DNA of 64,000 nucleotides from NCBI GenBank assembly GCA_973895155.1, contig OZ316892.1, forward strand, positions 28,110,307-28,174,306. The letters run 5' to 3'. Numbering within the stretch: the stretch's first letter is position 1; every line of letters begins with the position of its first letter. The stretch is from Marsupella aquatica (Eukaryota; Plantae; Marchantiophyta). The position numbers and the translations under genes were made by a program. Below are positions 26,947 through 38,765 of the stretch, one piece after another. The notes beneath the pieces were generated by a model. That model saw only the letters and a program-made list of their open reading frames with translations, made no database searches and was not told the DNA's origin.

Positions 26947-29900
26947 TCATGATGACTCTGCCGATGCTTGTGGAGTTGCTGACTGTAGGGTAATTAGCCT
27001 TTTTGACGCTAGATTGGTGATAGAATCTGCAATCACTCGTGCACTTGTCTTCATATACCCCCCTACACACAATGTTGATTGGATCAGTTCTAGCACTAAA
27101 ATCTATCCGCACTTAAGGTTTAATCTACGAAAAATATTGGGCAAGAGGAGAACAGTCCAGCAAGAAATGGCGATATAGACTCCTGAATTGGCACCTTGTT
27201 CAGCTGCCTTGGAAGGGAGGTGACTCACCAGAGGTCACCATGACAATCGGAGCTCCCAACTCCTTTGCAAATCTGAACACCATTTCATCACGGCGTCTAA
27301 CTCCATCTGCAGAGACCTGCCAAAAGATGACATGGGTTAATCAATGCTGCATGTTTGTCAACTATCGCAGTGTTCCCTAAGTCAGCAAGCATGAGATTTC
27401 ATCCAGTTGGGTTTTTGGCAACTACGTTCTGTTAACTCGAGCATTCCTGCTGAGAAGTACAAGAAGGGACAACACAACAGACCGAAGTGTGGATCTGGAC
27501 CACAATTTCGTCTGAAACCAAAAAGGGGTATTCCGAGAATTGAACTCGGGACCTCTTGCACCCTAAGCAAGAATCATACCACTAGACCAAATACCCGGCT
27601 CGTACAGTGCACCGCAGATTTGCAAACTCTTGCGGTTGTGAGGAGCGGCTGAGGAGTCGAGAACTCACGCAAAGCCTGCCCAGAGGATCGCCATCAAGGA
27701 CGTCGGTACCGGCATTGTACAAAACGTAATCTGGCTGAAACGCCTCTTTTGCACTCTGCTCCAAGCCACACTCATTACATGAAGTTAAGATTGGGACGAT
27801 AAGATTGGAGCAGATGAGAAAGACACCCCAGTTTTTGAAGTACTTTGCTATCCCTCTTCTCAAACAAATCATGGAGACGGGGCTAAAACTCCCACTTGGG
27901 TGAAAAAGAAGACGCTCAGATTCATGCCTGACATTTTCCTGATTATTCTCCCATTTTTTAAGTGGAGGATGTAACACCAAGCTTTTACGGTCGATACTCA
28001 TGAGGGGTATAAGGGGGGAATCTGGCAGGGGGGAGAATTTGCGATACAACCAAGCATTTCAATTGACTGAGAACCCTTTTGGTTATTGTACATACCTTCA
28101 ATTCAGCGTCCAGACGTTGCAGGTATTCCTCCGTGGATGTTCCACTCTGGTAACCCAAAGAAGCAGGTAGTAAATTACAAATTAAAGCTGCAAAAATAGA
28201 CACCACAGCCAAATTCTCTTCCACTAAACAAGAGAGCGAAACTGTGGAGATAGGAATCTCGAAGTGTATTTAAAGCTCACCCTAATTTCTACTCTCTGAT
28301 TAATTGCCCGCTTGGCCTCTGTATCCTGCACAAGCAGACAATCTGTGAACCTTAGTGGCCTCTTTCTCCCTGAGCGAATCATTCCAAATTTTGAAGTCGG
28401 TAAGTTTTGACACTTACAAAGGGGTAGATGTCACGATTGTACATATCCAGGATGTACACTCTCTCTGCAGCAATGTACAACTCATGGGTTAAGTGAGCAC
28501 TCATTTTCAATAGAGCTGAGAAGATTAACCCTAAATCCTAAGCTGAAAGTCAAGCCATGTGATAAAATATTTATCCCACATGCCAGGTTTTCCCCACTAA
28601 GAAAGAAAGAAAGAAAGTTTAAAAAGTTATCTCTTTGTTTCACTCATTTTTTGGGTATTCAACTTAAAAATAAAACAATACTATACAATCATAGCACCAA
28701 AACAGAACCTTAATTAAGAAAAGACTCCAGGTAAAGAAACAAGTGCAATACCATCGTTTGAAAAATCCCGCTCATGACCATTACCCTGGTGTGCATCCAA
28801 GTCGATTATCATAACCCTGTCAAACAAATTCAAAGCCATGCAATCAAAGGCGGGCATTGCTTATTGTAATGAACCCTATTAACTTGTGAAATAGGTCTTG
28901 TGGGAACGATTTCACCCGATTTGCTGAGAACGCATGAAGTATTCAGGTAAACACACAAGGGGAGGAAAGTACTTAGAAATAGAGAGCTGGGAAAATGCAA
29001 ACTGGATGCACAGAGTGATGTCAGCATAGACACAGAAACCTCCCCCTCTGTATCCACAGCAATGATGAAAACCACCTCCCAGATTGATTGCCCATCCCCT
29101 CTCCTTTGCAAGTTTTCCTGCCAAGACGGTTCCTCCTACCTGTCAACAAGATGCCAAAAAGCAAATGATGCCTTCTCAACTGGTCTTTTGTGCAACCCAT
29201 GAATGCCGTGCAACCATTGAATACAAAGCTGAATTTCAAATCACCCAAAGAAGTACCTCGGTAATTTAACTTCAGTGAGAAAGACATGTTGAAATATTTA
29301 TGGTGGTGGAAGGGTGGGACAAGCATGAACCCACCAGTTGAAAGCTACCTGTTTCCGGAATGGTTGAAGAACCTGACGTTTAACAATTGAGTTTGGCAGC
29401 AGTGCTACAGGTGGCACCTACACAACAGGAGAGTATTTTCAATATTTAGATTGCGTTGCTGAAAGAATACGTCATATTTTTTTATCAAACTTTCAAGCAA
29501 TTTTCATTGAGGGAAAGTTTTCAAGCTCTGCGTGCGATAAATTTCCTTTGTGTTTCCCGTCCTACAGTAATCTTCTTCAGTCAAGACGGGGAGACTAGGA
29601 GACGAGAAGGAGGACAAATGGATACTGCTCTATCGCAAACGAAACGGAGACGAATCACCAAAATTCGAAGCTCAGGTTTACCAAATCAGGCCATTGGATC
29701 TCAAATTATCATATTATGCGAAAAACTAGCTGATTGAACCATGCTCTCTGAGCAAAAAGTAGCAATCGTAAAAAATCCTCTTGAGACCAAATTGACGAAC
29801 TGAAAGACTTCAACAAAAAATGAATGCATGAACGAATTAATCACTGTTTGGGTCTAGAATTTGTGAGATTCCTGCCTTGAACGAATGACTTGGAATTTAA

Positions 29901-31462
29901 AACAATAAGGACAATTTCTATGGTTTAGGAAAGATTGCTATACAGAACCTCAATGATTGAAGCAACGTTAAAACTGCTTCGTAAGCTCTGCAGATAGTTC
30001 TCTGTATGAACCTGCAACAGCAATATATAATTTTTCTTAACATCTTAACTGCAGACTTGTCATCAAAATAATACAGGCAATTCGGCAGTGAAAAATAACA
30101 TGATATCACAAAGGCGCGAGACCATGAAAGCAGAATGAATGCTAGATGAAATGTTAATACCACAAGCAGGTCCTCTTTGGTTGCTTCAGCAGGTTCAACG
30201 ATTCTGCTTGCATCTACGACATTCTCGTTGACCAAAAAGTCCCGAATGCGTCCCCACTTTGCTGAGTCGAACGGATGACTACCAACAAGACGCATATCAT
30301 ACTCCATCTCTCCTTTACCATCCAGCATTAACATAAAATCTTGCATTCATACATTGAGCAATATGCTGGGCAAAGCGAGTATTTCAAGAGTAGGGAGAGC
30401 GCGATATCATGTGTTCGAGAACTCACAGCTTCTCCAGGCCGATGAAGCCAATGTTATAAGCAGAAGAATAAACCAAAGGCTCCTGCAATGGAATCCACAA
30501 CCCAATCAAACTCTTGATATAAAATTCACAGACCAATTATTGCAAATATCCACAAGCCTTCTTTTACTCAAGAACCCACCTTGCAATGCTGATAACGCCT
30601 TTTAGCTTGGAGTTGAGTTCAAACGACAATTCTTGGATGGGTATTAGTGGGAAAAACTGGATAAAAAGAGCAAGGGACCAACCGGTCCAACCTAACCTCC
30701 CCATCACTCTCACAGAAGTAAGCGTCGCAATAGCATCAAGACGCTAAAGGAGATTTTCCCGTTGATTAACAGAGAGTTCAATCAGAATGCAGCAACACAG
30801 AAAATTGGAAAATAAGGATGTTTTACAGCATATCTCTGGAAAATGGCAGGGCATGCAGAACCTACAGTAAGGAGAACCCTCCGATTCTGTACACGAACAA
30901 TGACAATACATTGATTGACATTCTATTGAGTGAGTGAGATTCCATTGAGTCAAGCTCTAGCTTTAGAACCTGCATTCGGTCCATCCATGATAGTGACTCA
31001 CATTACATTGAGCCGCACATTGATAAGTTTTTACCTTCATAAGCAACTGCCTGCTCCAATCTCTCATAACCAATTTCGCCAGGAGGCCACAAACAGAGTG
31101 TTGGAATTCCTTAGGAAAATTCCGAAATTCAAGTGGAATTCAAGCATGACCCGACGAGCCACTTACAGCTCCAGACGCACCTTGTCTGGAGTGACCTGAA
31201 TGTAGAGAGAACTGGAGAGAATCCTGCGCTGTCTTTTATCCTCTGGTGATTCTTCTGCAATCTGCGCACGCCCGCTAGACATGGAGAATGGAAGGCAGCG
31301 ACACATTGGGAGACCAACAACAGGAGAAGTGGATTGAGAAGGAGGCGGACAAGAGAAATTGTTCTTCTGCCGTTGCAGCTTCTGCCTGTCGCTTCCTTTC
31401 CTGGTCTCTGTCGTTACTGTGAGGAGTGGGGCTATGCAAATTCTTGCGAGAGTTGCCCACAT
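26947..31462 (-). CDS. HDA2: Class IV histone deacetylase (HDA2/HDAC11-like), 13 exons; alternative start ATG at 31282
   Basis: GLEKLHPFDSAKWG, GWAINLGGGFHHC, GGGFCVYADI, IIDLDAHQGNG, YNAGTDVLDGDPLG, TSGGYMK; all junctions GT-AG; stop at 26947-26949. Confidence 0.95.
27525..27596 (-). tRNA. tRNA-Pro(AGG), nested in an HDA2 intron (27317-27668)
   Basis: GGGTATTTGGTCTAGTGGTATGATTCTTGCTTAGGGTGCAAGAGGTCCCGAGTTCAATTCTCGGAATACCCC; full cloverleaf, A and B boxes, TTTTT directly after. Confidence 0.95.
29567..29855. repeat. 289-bp intronic element, copy 1 (HDA2 intron 4)
   Basis: About 97% identical to 37327-37615, same orientation. Confidence 0.95.
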
Positions 31463-31922
31463 CGTGCAAGGAAGAATGGATTCCTTGGCAATTGAACAAA
31501 GCTCGGAACGGAGCTCAACTAAAGCCCACAGAAGAATTCTACAGGAGTGGACTGTATTGACTCCTTTCTTGTGTTTTAAGATGTGTTGGAATCTCACCGG
31601 GCCACTTGTTTCACATGATCCTTTTCCTTTTCCTTTTTGTCTCCAAAGGAAATTGCATAACTCTAAGCTTCCATAGACGAAGCTTTTGTGGGCATCCTGC
31701 CTTTCGTCTTGAGATGTGCTGGAATCTCACTGGGCCACTTGGTTGATACGATTATTTTTTCTTATCTTTTGTGTTCTCCAAAGGAAATTTGCATGAAAAT
31801 AAATTCCTCTAGACCCAGGTGTTTGGTAAATGCTTGGATGGACTACTGCACCCCATGTGAACCACTCTGAGCCGTCAGTTTTCTCTATGATAATATCTTT
31901 CCTTTGTTCTAGCAAAATTACT

Positions 31923-32402
31923 CCTGCCCTGAAGCCTCTTCATGAGGACCCCTTGTTATTGATTCCTGTAGCTTAGTACAGAGTGTAAGCAACTTGGGAA
32001 ATGATAACAAATGTGGAAGGATGACAGACGAGCACCAAACAACTACAGTAGGTTTTTGTCCCAAAAGATGAGCATGAGGGAAGGGTTTCCAAGAAGTTGG
32101 GGAGTTGTGACTATTTCTAACCAAAGCAAACTGGAGATTCTTGGGGTGTGACAAAAGTTTGTTGGGCAGGAGTTCCAGTTATGCTCTTCTTGAAATGCAT
32201 TCCTGCCCTTCAACCATCTCTTGTAGAACCCTTGTAATTGATTCCTGTAGCTTGGTACAGAGTTTAGCAACTTGGAAAATGACAACAAATTGGGATGGAT
32301 GACAGATGAGCACCCAACAAGTAGGTTTTGTCCCACAAGATGAGCATGAGGGAGGCCTTACAGGAAGTTGGGGGCTTGTGACTGTTTTTCCCCAAGAAAA
32401 CT
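31923..32402. repeat. Imperfect direct repeat (~200-bp units, ~280-bp period)
   Basis: cccttgt.attgattcctgtagctt.gtacagagt...gtaggtttt.gtccc.aagatgagcatgaggga present at ~31950 and ~32230. Confidence 0.8.
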
Positions 32403-32604
32403 CAAGAGCCAATTAGACCCAAATATTTTGAAGTCACTTCAACATATTCAATAAATAGAAGTCCCTTGAATGAAAGGGCCAAAGTTTAGAAATGTTTGGA
32501 CCACCTCTAGAGGGGGTCCAAAATTCTATACAAACTAAGCTCTCCACATCAGCTTGTGCTTGCCATGTAGGATGGGTAGATATCATACCTGAAATAGCCT
32601 CCAA

Positions 32605-32757
32605 GTTCTTGTAAAGCGAATAGCAATCATCTCCACCCATTAAATGATCCAAATTGTTCTTGTAAAGCCAATAGCAATCATCTCCACCCATTAAATGATC
32701 CAAATTGTTCTTGTAAAGCCAATAGCAATCATCTCCACCCATTAAATGATCCAAATT
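32605..32757. repeat. 51-bp tandem repeat x3
   Basis: gttcttgtaaagc(c/g)aatagcaatcatctccacccattaaatgatccaaatt at 32605, 32656 and 32707. Confidence 0.95.
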
Positions 32758-32759
32758 TA

Positions 32760-33130
32760 AATTCAACGGGAATAAAATGAAGCACAGAGCCATTTCCACT
32801 CATTCTACAGTCCAGGTTAATCTCAAAGAGGCAATGTACACAGGACATATTGTAAAAGGCACCCTTAGGAACTCAAGAAAAGTCATCCTAGTTCAAAGGT
32901 GGGCGATACCCTGAGCATTTGTGAAAAGACATTTCCAAGAGAATGCAACTCAAGTGGGGGAATGGATGGGGTTTTTTTAAGGATGAAGGCAATCTAGAGA
33001 TCTTTAAGGAGTGGAAGTTTCGTGATCCACGATCAAAACTGGCTGAAATCAAAATCTCTGGAACGAGCATCACACAAGGCGATGAAATTTTTGGAGAGAT
33101 ATTCACAAGTAAAGCCTCATGTGGCTGCCA
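32760..33130 (-). mobile_element. L1-type LINE remnant (zf-RVT region)
   Basis: Broken frames give FSWKCL...ICPV...HCLFE, resembling the plant L1 zf-RVT motif. Confidence 0.4.
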
Positions 33131-33650
33131 CACCCTTCTTGGGAGTTAGACCTCTCATAACCTTGGTTCAATTGCGTGCTTCAATTCGATGGGCAGAATT
33201 TTAGTAGTTCACCTAAATGCGTGAGAAAGATTGCTCGAGCGGAAAGCAGACCCACAACTCAATTAACGTCCGAGGAAGCTTCAACTTCAAGTACAAGCAT
33301 TCAAGGAAGGGCAGTTCATTCATTAGGCGCCAAGGGTTGACAATACAACCTCTACAAAAATAAGAAGGTACACAATGCGGGCAAGGGAGAAGTAAAGATG
33401 AAACTCCTGCACTCGGAGAGAGTGTCAAGGAGAATAAGATTAAGACACTGCTCCTCGAACTCAAATCCGACTTGACAATTGATTGCCGTATATCCAAGAC
33501 TGCTGTCCGCACTTAGCCACCAGAGAAACTGTAGACCTTCCAGGAAAGCGAAGGCGAAAAGAGGATAGACACTTGCGGATGCTGAAGTTTTGAGCGCTTT
33601 AATCCATCCACTGGATTGTTCCAAAGTCACTGAATGAATTTGAGCGCTTC

Positions 33651-33721
33651 AATTCATCCGGTGAGTTGCGAAGAGTAGATATACGAGATCAGCTTATTCT
33701 TCCCAACTCACTGGATGAATT
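33651..33721 (+). ncRNA. Candidate pre-miRNA-like hairpin
   Basis: 27-bp stem aattcatccggtgagttgcgaagagta / tattcttcccaactcactggatgaatt; two of three DNA mismatches are G:U pairs only on the + strand. Confidence 0.35.
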
Positions 33722-34011
33722 CAAAGTAACTAAGCTATATCTTGGGCCAGCCTCGGCTTGATTTCCACCAACACAAAGCCCAGAAAAAGTTCGTTGAAAT
33801 ATCCTACAAAACACCCTTTAACCACCGTGGACGAGTACTTCGCTGTGTCGTTACCCATTTCACTTTGAAATGCTCGTCTCTGCCACTCGTAGTGTGGAAA
33901 CCTCACTAGTCAGTTGAAGGTCTTTCTTCAATTGCCGATTCTAACCACTGAAAAAATAACTACTGCTAGTCATCTCCCCCTGAAGATCAGTTCTTTGGTG
34001 AGACGCTTTTT

Positions 34012-37000
34012 TTAAGGCACTCGGCCAGTGACTCTCTGCACAGCAGCCTTAATCCCTTCCCTATCAAGCGAGGAATTCAGATAAACTTCCTGCACCTGCA
34101 AAAAAGTCATACACGAGAGCAATTATCTATAACGCATGCACCAAAACTTAGCAGTTTGCACAGAATCAGAAGGTAAGGGAAGAATAATTTTGGGCAATTA
34201 ATAATCAGTTGGGAAAGTAGCAATCGAAATTATTCCATGGTAGTTTTTACGTCTATCACAGTCGTGATACAGCTCGTAAACTGAACCCACTCAATGGATA
34301 CTTTCTTTATAGATTTCCTCTGAATGGTTCAAGGGGTGCAAGCAAGATAAAATTACGTCTCTATGATTAGTACAAGGACGGGTCTCACCTGTCTGCCGGC
34401 CCGAGCTAGAAGAGTGAATCTTCCCGCTTCACCAGATGCCTATTTCGTCAACGTCAGAGACATGAATTAGTAGAGGATTCAAGTGTCCACTGGGACTAGT
34501 CTGGCCAAAGGATCAACAAGACTTCTTAAAGTCAAAAATCGCAACGTACTCATTGGTATACACAGTCTTAAGTCGAAAGTAAATTAAGAAACCTGATCAC
34601 TAGCAGAAAACATTTTACAACTTTAGAATACAGAGCTTCCAACAATTACTTGCAGAATTGCTGCAGAGTATGAAAATGCAACCCAAGAACTGGAAGATTC
34701 TCACATTAGATAGCCAGAGCTCTAAATCTTGAGAGACGACTCGTTTTTCTAGTGCTTGCCGACCAAGGGATACTTCAGTAATCCTGCACAATTAGAAGTC
34801 ACAAGTCCACTTGTCATCCACATTGATCTGAGATTCCTACCTCCGGCTCAAGGTCCAATATTCCAAACCTTGCAGAACTAACTTACTGAGCTATGAAATG
34901 TCCAGATTTTGAGTTCCACCTGCTACGAAAGAACTCACCCTTCCTCCTGCAACATATATTCACATATCTGCTCTAATCCTGGCAATTGTGTTCCAATGAG
35001 CTCTGCCTCCGAGTTAGATGGATCTTCCTGTCATTAGACATGCCAGTAAACCCCCAGTGAGAGAAGACACACAGCTGCCCTAAACTTCCATTGGATCGAG
35101 TCGATTCACAACGGTGCACTGACAACAGCGGCAGGGAACAACCTACAAGAGAGACCTTGCTCAATGAACAGCCTTGACGACTGGGCCCATAAGTCATTGT
35201 GCAACAAAAGGATTTGGAGATTACTTGAGATGGCATAAGTGTGTCAAGTGTTTCCAGTAGGGGATCTGCCTGCAGCTGTTTAATAGACAAAGCGATCTTT
35301 GACTTTTTCCTGCAGCACAACAGTCGAGCAAGTAGAAGGTTTAGGGTTGAAAAAAAGCACGTTCCCCGTCGAGAGCAGACAAGTCAGCGTGACAAGCCAT
35401 TGCAACACTCAACTGAAGTACTAAACCAAATTAAATATAACAAGCGAGATCATGGCAACAATATTGAGAATACGACCAACCTGTCAACTTGAATCACTTT
35501 CACCTGGACTTCCTGGCCTTGTGCAATAAAATCCTGGGGAAAAGGTACCGGATCCCAGGAGAGCTCGGTAACATGGACCAAGCCACTCACTGGATAGGAA
35601 CCTACACGACCACGAAGCAGTACTCAAACACTTTAGGACAAACATTCTTGCAGATGTTGCTTGAGACTGCAAGTAAAGCTTGCTGCAAACATGTGTTCTT
35701 TTGCCTCCCGATAAATAGCTTTCGACTACACCACCGGGAAATGTATTTTAGGTCGATGTTTGCCAGCAAGGAGAAGCTTAGTAGGAAGCTACAAATCCTA
35801 CATTCTCAAGTTCATCAAATTTTTCGTATTGTAATACGTAGTGGTGCATGATTTCAGTGTGGATTTCTTGTCAACTTCTTTCCCCTAAAGGAACTTCTAC
35901 GGGTGTAGGATAGAGGAAAGAAAGTGACTCACCATCTGGGAATTGTAAATCCACAAAGGCTCCGTAATCGGTTACAAAATTAACTTTTCCTTGATAAGTG
36001 TCGCCTTCATTTATTTTCTGTATGATTTCAACCAGCACAGCTTGCTTCTCAGAGACAATCAGCCTCCTCTCAGCCTCCACACATTCAATTACCTGCCAGT
36101 TTAACCAAGGAACAAAACCCGCCAAATAGCAAAAACACTCATTATTCCATGACTTCTTAAATGAGGGTCAAAAGAAGAGAACTTTGGCGCACATAACAGT
36201 ACGATCGAGTTAAAAGTGGTTTCATTTCATATTTCTCTTTTGCACCCATTCCCTAGATAAGTTTTCAGAGGGCATCAACAACAAAGAAAGTCCGGTTTAC
36301 AGCAGCTTCCAGAACCTAACTCAGCGGTGAAGCAAATGAAAGCAACAAAAGGCGAAGGATCGGTATACAGCACAGGGTCTGTGACTTGAAGACTACAACT
36401 CGGAGGTCACAAATGCCGCTAAAAGCCCACATACCTTGACAGAAACAAAACCCCCGACAAGCTCATTTCCGACTTCACCTATCGTCTTACTTCCATCTGA
36501 AAAGAACTCAGAAATGCATTCCAGATGGTCAGCAAATTGAACACAGAAGACATATGCAATGGATTTGTATCCAAGTTAGTTCACAATATTATATAATTCT
36601 TTATGAAGTGGTGGGATCTTCGAAGGCGAACAAAGTGTCATCCATAAATAAATCATAAATTACCTCGACTCGACGTTTTACTAACAGTTTTGGCTCTACC
36701 AAACCGTCTCATCTGTTACGCTTTATCTTTACATTTAGATTCCCAAACTTAAAATAATGCCAGTCTCTCAATTTTACAGCATTAAGGTTCTCTTATTGAA
36801 GTCGACATCATGAATCATGCAGTCATTCCTTGATGCATTCCGCGCGCCAAGTCTACAGGAAGAGAAACTAAGAAAACAGTAAGTCAACGTTGAACATCTG
36901 GAACCTTTAGGTACGCGAGCCCCGCTCAATTGCGAGAACGGCAAGAAGCCTTGCAGTGAGTTAATGCGCACCAATAATCCCCCGCTATTGCAACTGTCCA

Positions 37001-38111
37001 CTCTCCCCTTATGCACTGCACCTGTCTCCTTCAACTTCTCTGAAAACTTCCAGTCCGCTGCTCTCTGTAATGACATTCGCATGCAAACAACAATGTGCTT
37101 GAGACATACAAACATCCTTTTCCTTTAAATCCTCTCCAAAGAAAATGAGATACAGACAAGAGTTATGCTCCACATCATTGAAATTGCAATCAGACAAGAG
37201 AATTGGTTCCTCTGTGTCTAAATACAATGCGCATAAACCCGTAAGAACGTGGGTCTCAAAAGTTGCTGTGCTCTTCAATATTAATTCTTCCTGATATCAA
37301 TCATCCTGTCATCTTCGAGGTGAAACGTAATCTTCTTCAGTCAAGACGGACGGAGACTAGGAGACGAGAAGGAGGACAGATGGATACTGCTCTATCGCAA
37401 ACGAAACGGAGACGAATCACCAAAATTCGAAGCTCAGGGTTACCAAATCAGGCCATTGGATCACAAATTATCATATTATGCGAAAAACTAGCTGATTGAA
37501 CCATGCTCTCTGAGCAAAAATTAGCAATCGTAAAAAATCCTCTTGCGACCAAATTGACGAACTGAAAGACTTCAACAAAATGAATGCATGAACGAATTAA
37601 TCACTGTTTGGGTCTTCTGGTCCCAAGAAGGCATGGAAAGAAAGAAAGAAGGCCGTCTGCATCAGCACCATGTATGCATTGCAAGTTTAGGGGGAACTAA
37701 ATGTGACTCTGAGAATAGTTCTAGAGAAGATAGAGAGGAATGATCCCAATTGTAACTTACCCGGTCTACCTTAACCTCTTCAGTTTCTGGAGCAGCAGGA
37801 GCTGCAGGAGCAGGGGCGGGAGTCTCAATCTTGTCAGCGTTCGTCGTGGCACGGGGAACTCCAAGAGATGCCCTTCTCACATTCATGCATATATGGGAGC
37901 TCCCCCTCCTCCTGCTCGAAGACGACCACAGGAGTCTCACAGATGACTGAGAGCTAGAAGCAACCAAGACGAAATCCGCAGAGAAACTTCCATTGCCATT
38001 ATTGTTGTCTCCGCCGGATGTGGATGGATTCCCACTCCTTGTCCCCCCCAATGCACCTCCGGGGAACGTGCGGGAGAGCGAGCAAGCTCCGGACACTGTT
38101 GATGCCAACAT
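34012..38111 (-). CDS. SRRP1: Chloroplast S1 RNA-binding domain protein (At3g23700/SRRP1-like), 10 exons
   Basis: Ser-rich transit peptide; S1 motifs NSGGLLVRINSLQGFLPFSQL, VTDYGAFVDL, GLVHVTELSWD, LSIKQLQADPLLETLD; family C-terminus EKRVVSQDLELWLSN...LLARAGRQVQEV...GRVP-stop. Confidence 0.92.
37327..37615. repeat. 289-bp intronic element, copy 2 (SRRP1 intron 1)
   Basis: About 97% identical to 29567-29855. Confidence 0.95.
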
Positions 38112-38721
38112 TGCTGGTTGATGATGCAGTTAGCAATCTCACACCAAAGCTAACACGGAAAGGCAATTCCCGAGCGAAGTGAGAGCTCTCCCTAACAAAA
38201 TTGTTGTCCGTGCGCAGAAGAAATCGCACGGGACAGGAGAAGAAACCGGGCGAGATTCTAAATTTTTCTTTCAGTAAGTTGCTCGTCAGACCATGATAAC
38301 CAGCAGTCCCGATTGATTGCAGCAGACACGTTCAACTGAACTGCAGGAGCGATGATTGCAGAAATCTTAGTACGTCAAGTCAAAGTCAAAGTTCACACTG
38401 AACGCTAGAAAAGGGCCGTGCACAGACACAGAGCAGAATTTGTAAAAGCTAAGATTTCTGTACAGAACCTTCACAAAATGCGTAAACCACAAATGCAGCA
38501 GCGAACAACGGAACCAAGCCACAGATTTCTCTGCGGGAAGGAGCTTGAGACAACAATGCTTCGACCTAGTTGCAAACCAATTGAACGAGCAAACGAGCGA
38601 GCGAGACAGAGTTCTGTGAATCGATAGAGCTGAAATTGCTGTGCGCGAAGCTTTACCAACATGATTCAACCAACGTCTGTAGCTTCGAGCGAATTGGCGA
38701 GACTCAATTGAGAGCTGCCAT

Positions 38722-38765
38722 AGAGAGACAGAGGAGAGGAGAGGAGAGGAGAGGAGAGGAGAGAG
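38722..38765. repeat. (GAGAG)n microsatellite upstream of SRRP1
   Basis: gaggagaggagaggagagg... seen directly; CT-rich on the SRRP1 strand. Confidence 0.85.

Noticed and set aside
29567-29855. C/D-box snoRNA interpretation of the shared intronic element
   Set aside because: Only a degenerate C box (GTGATTA) and a distant CTGA on the host strand; no terminal stem and atypical length.
154-31462. Non-canonical (U12 or GC-AG) introns in NOT1, the hydrolase gene or HDA2
   Set aside because: All junctions I traced are GT-AG and none showed the U12 donor consensus.
32434-32799. 121-aa ORF with 17-aa repeats (NLDHLMGGDDCYWLYKN)
   Set aside because: By-product of a 51-bp tandem repeat beside a LINE remnant; no other sign of a gene.
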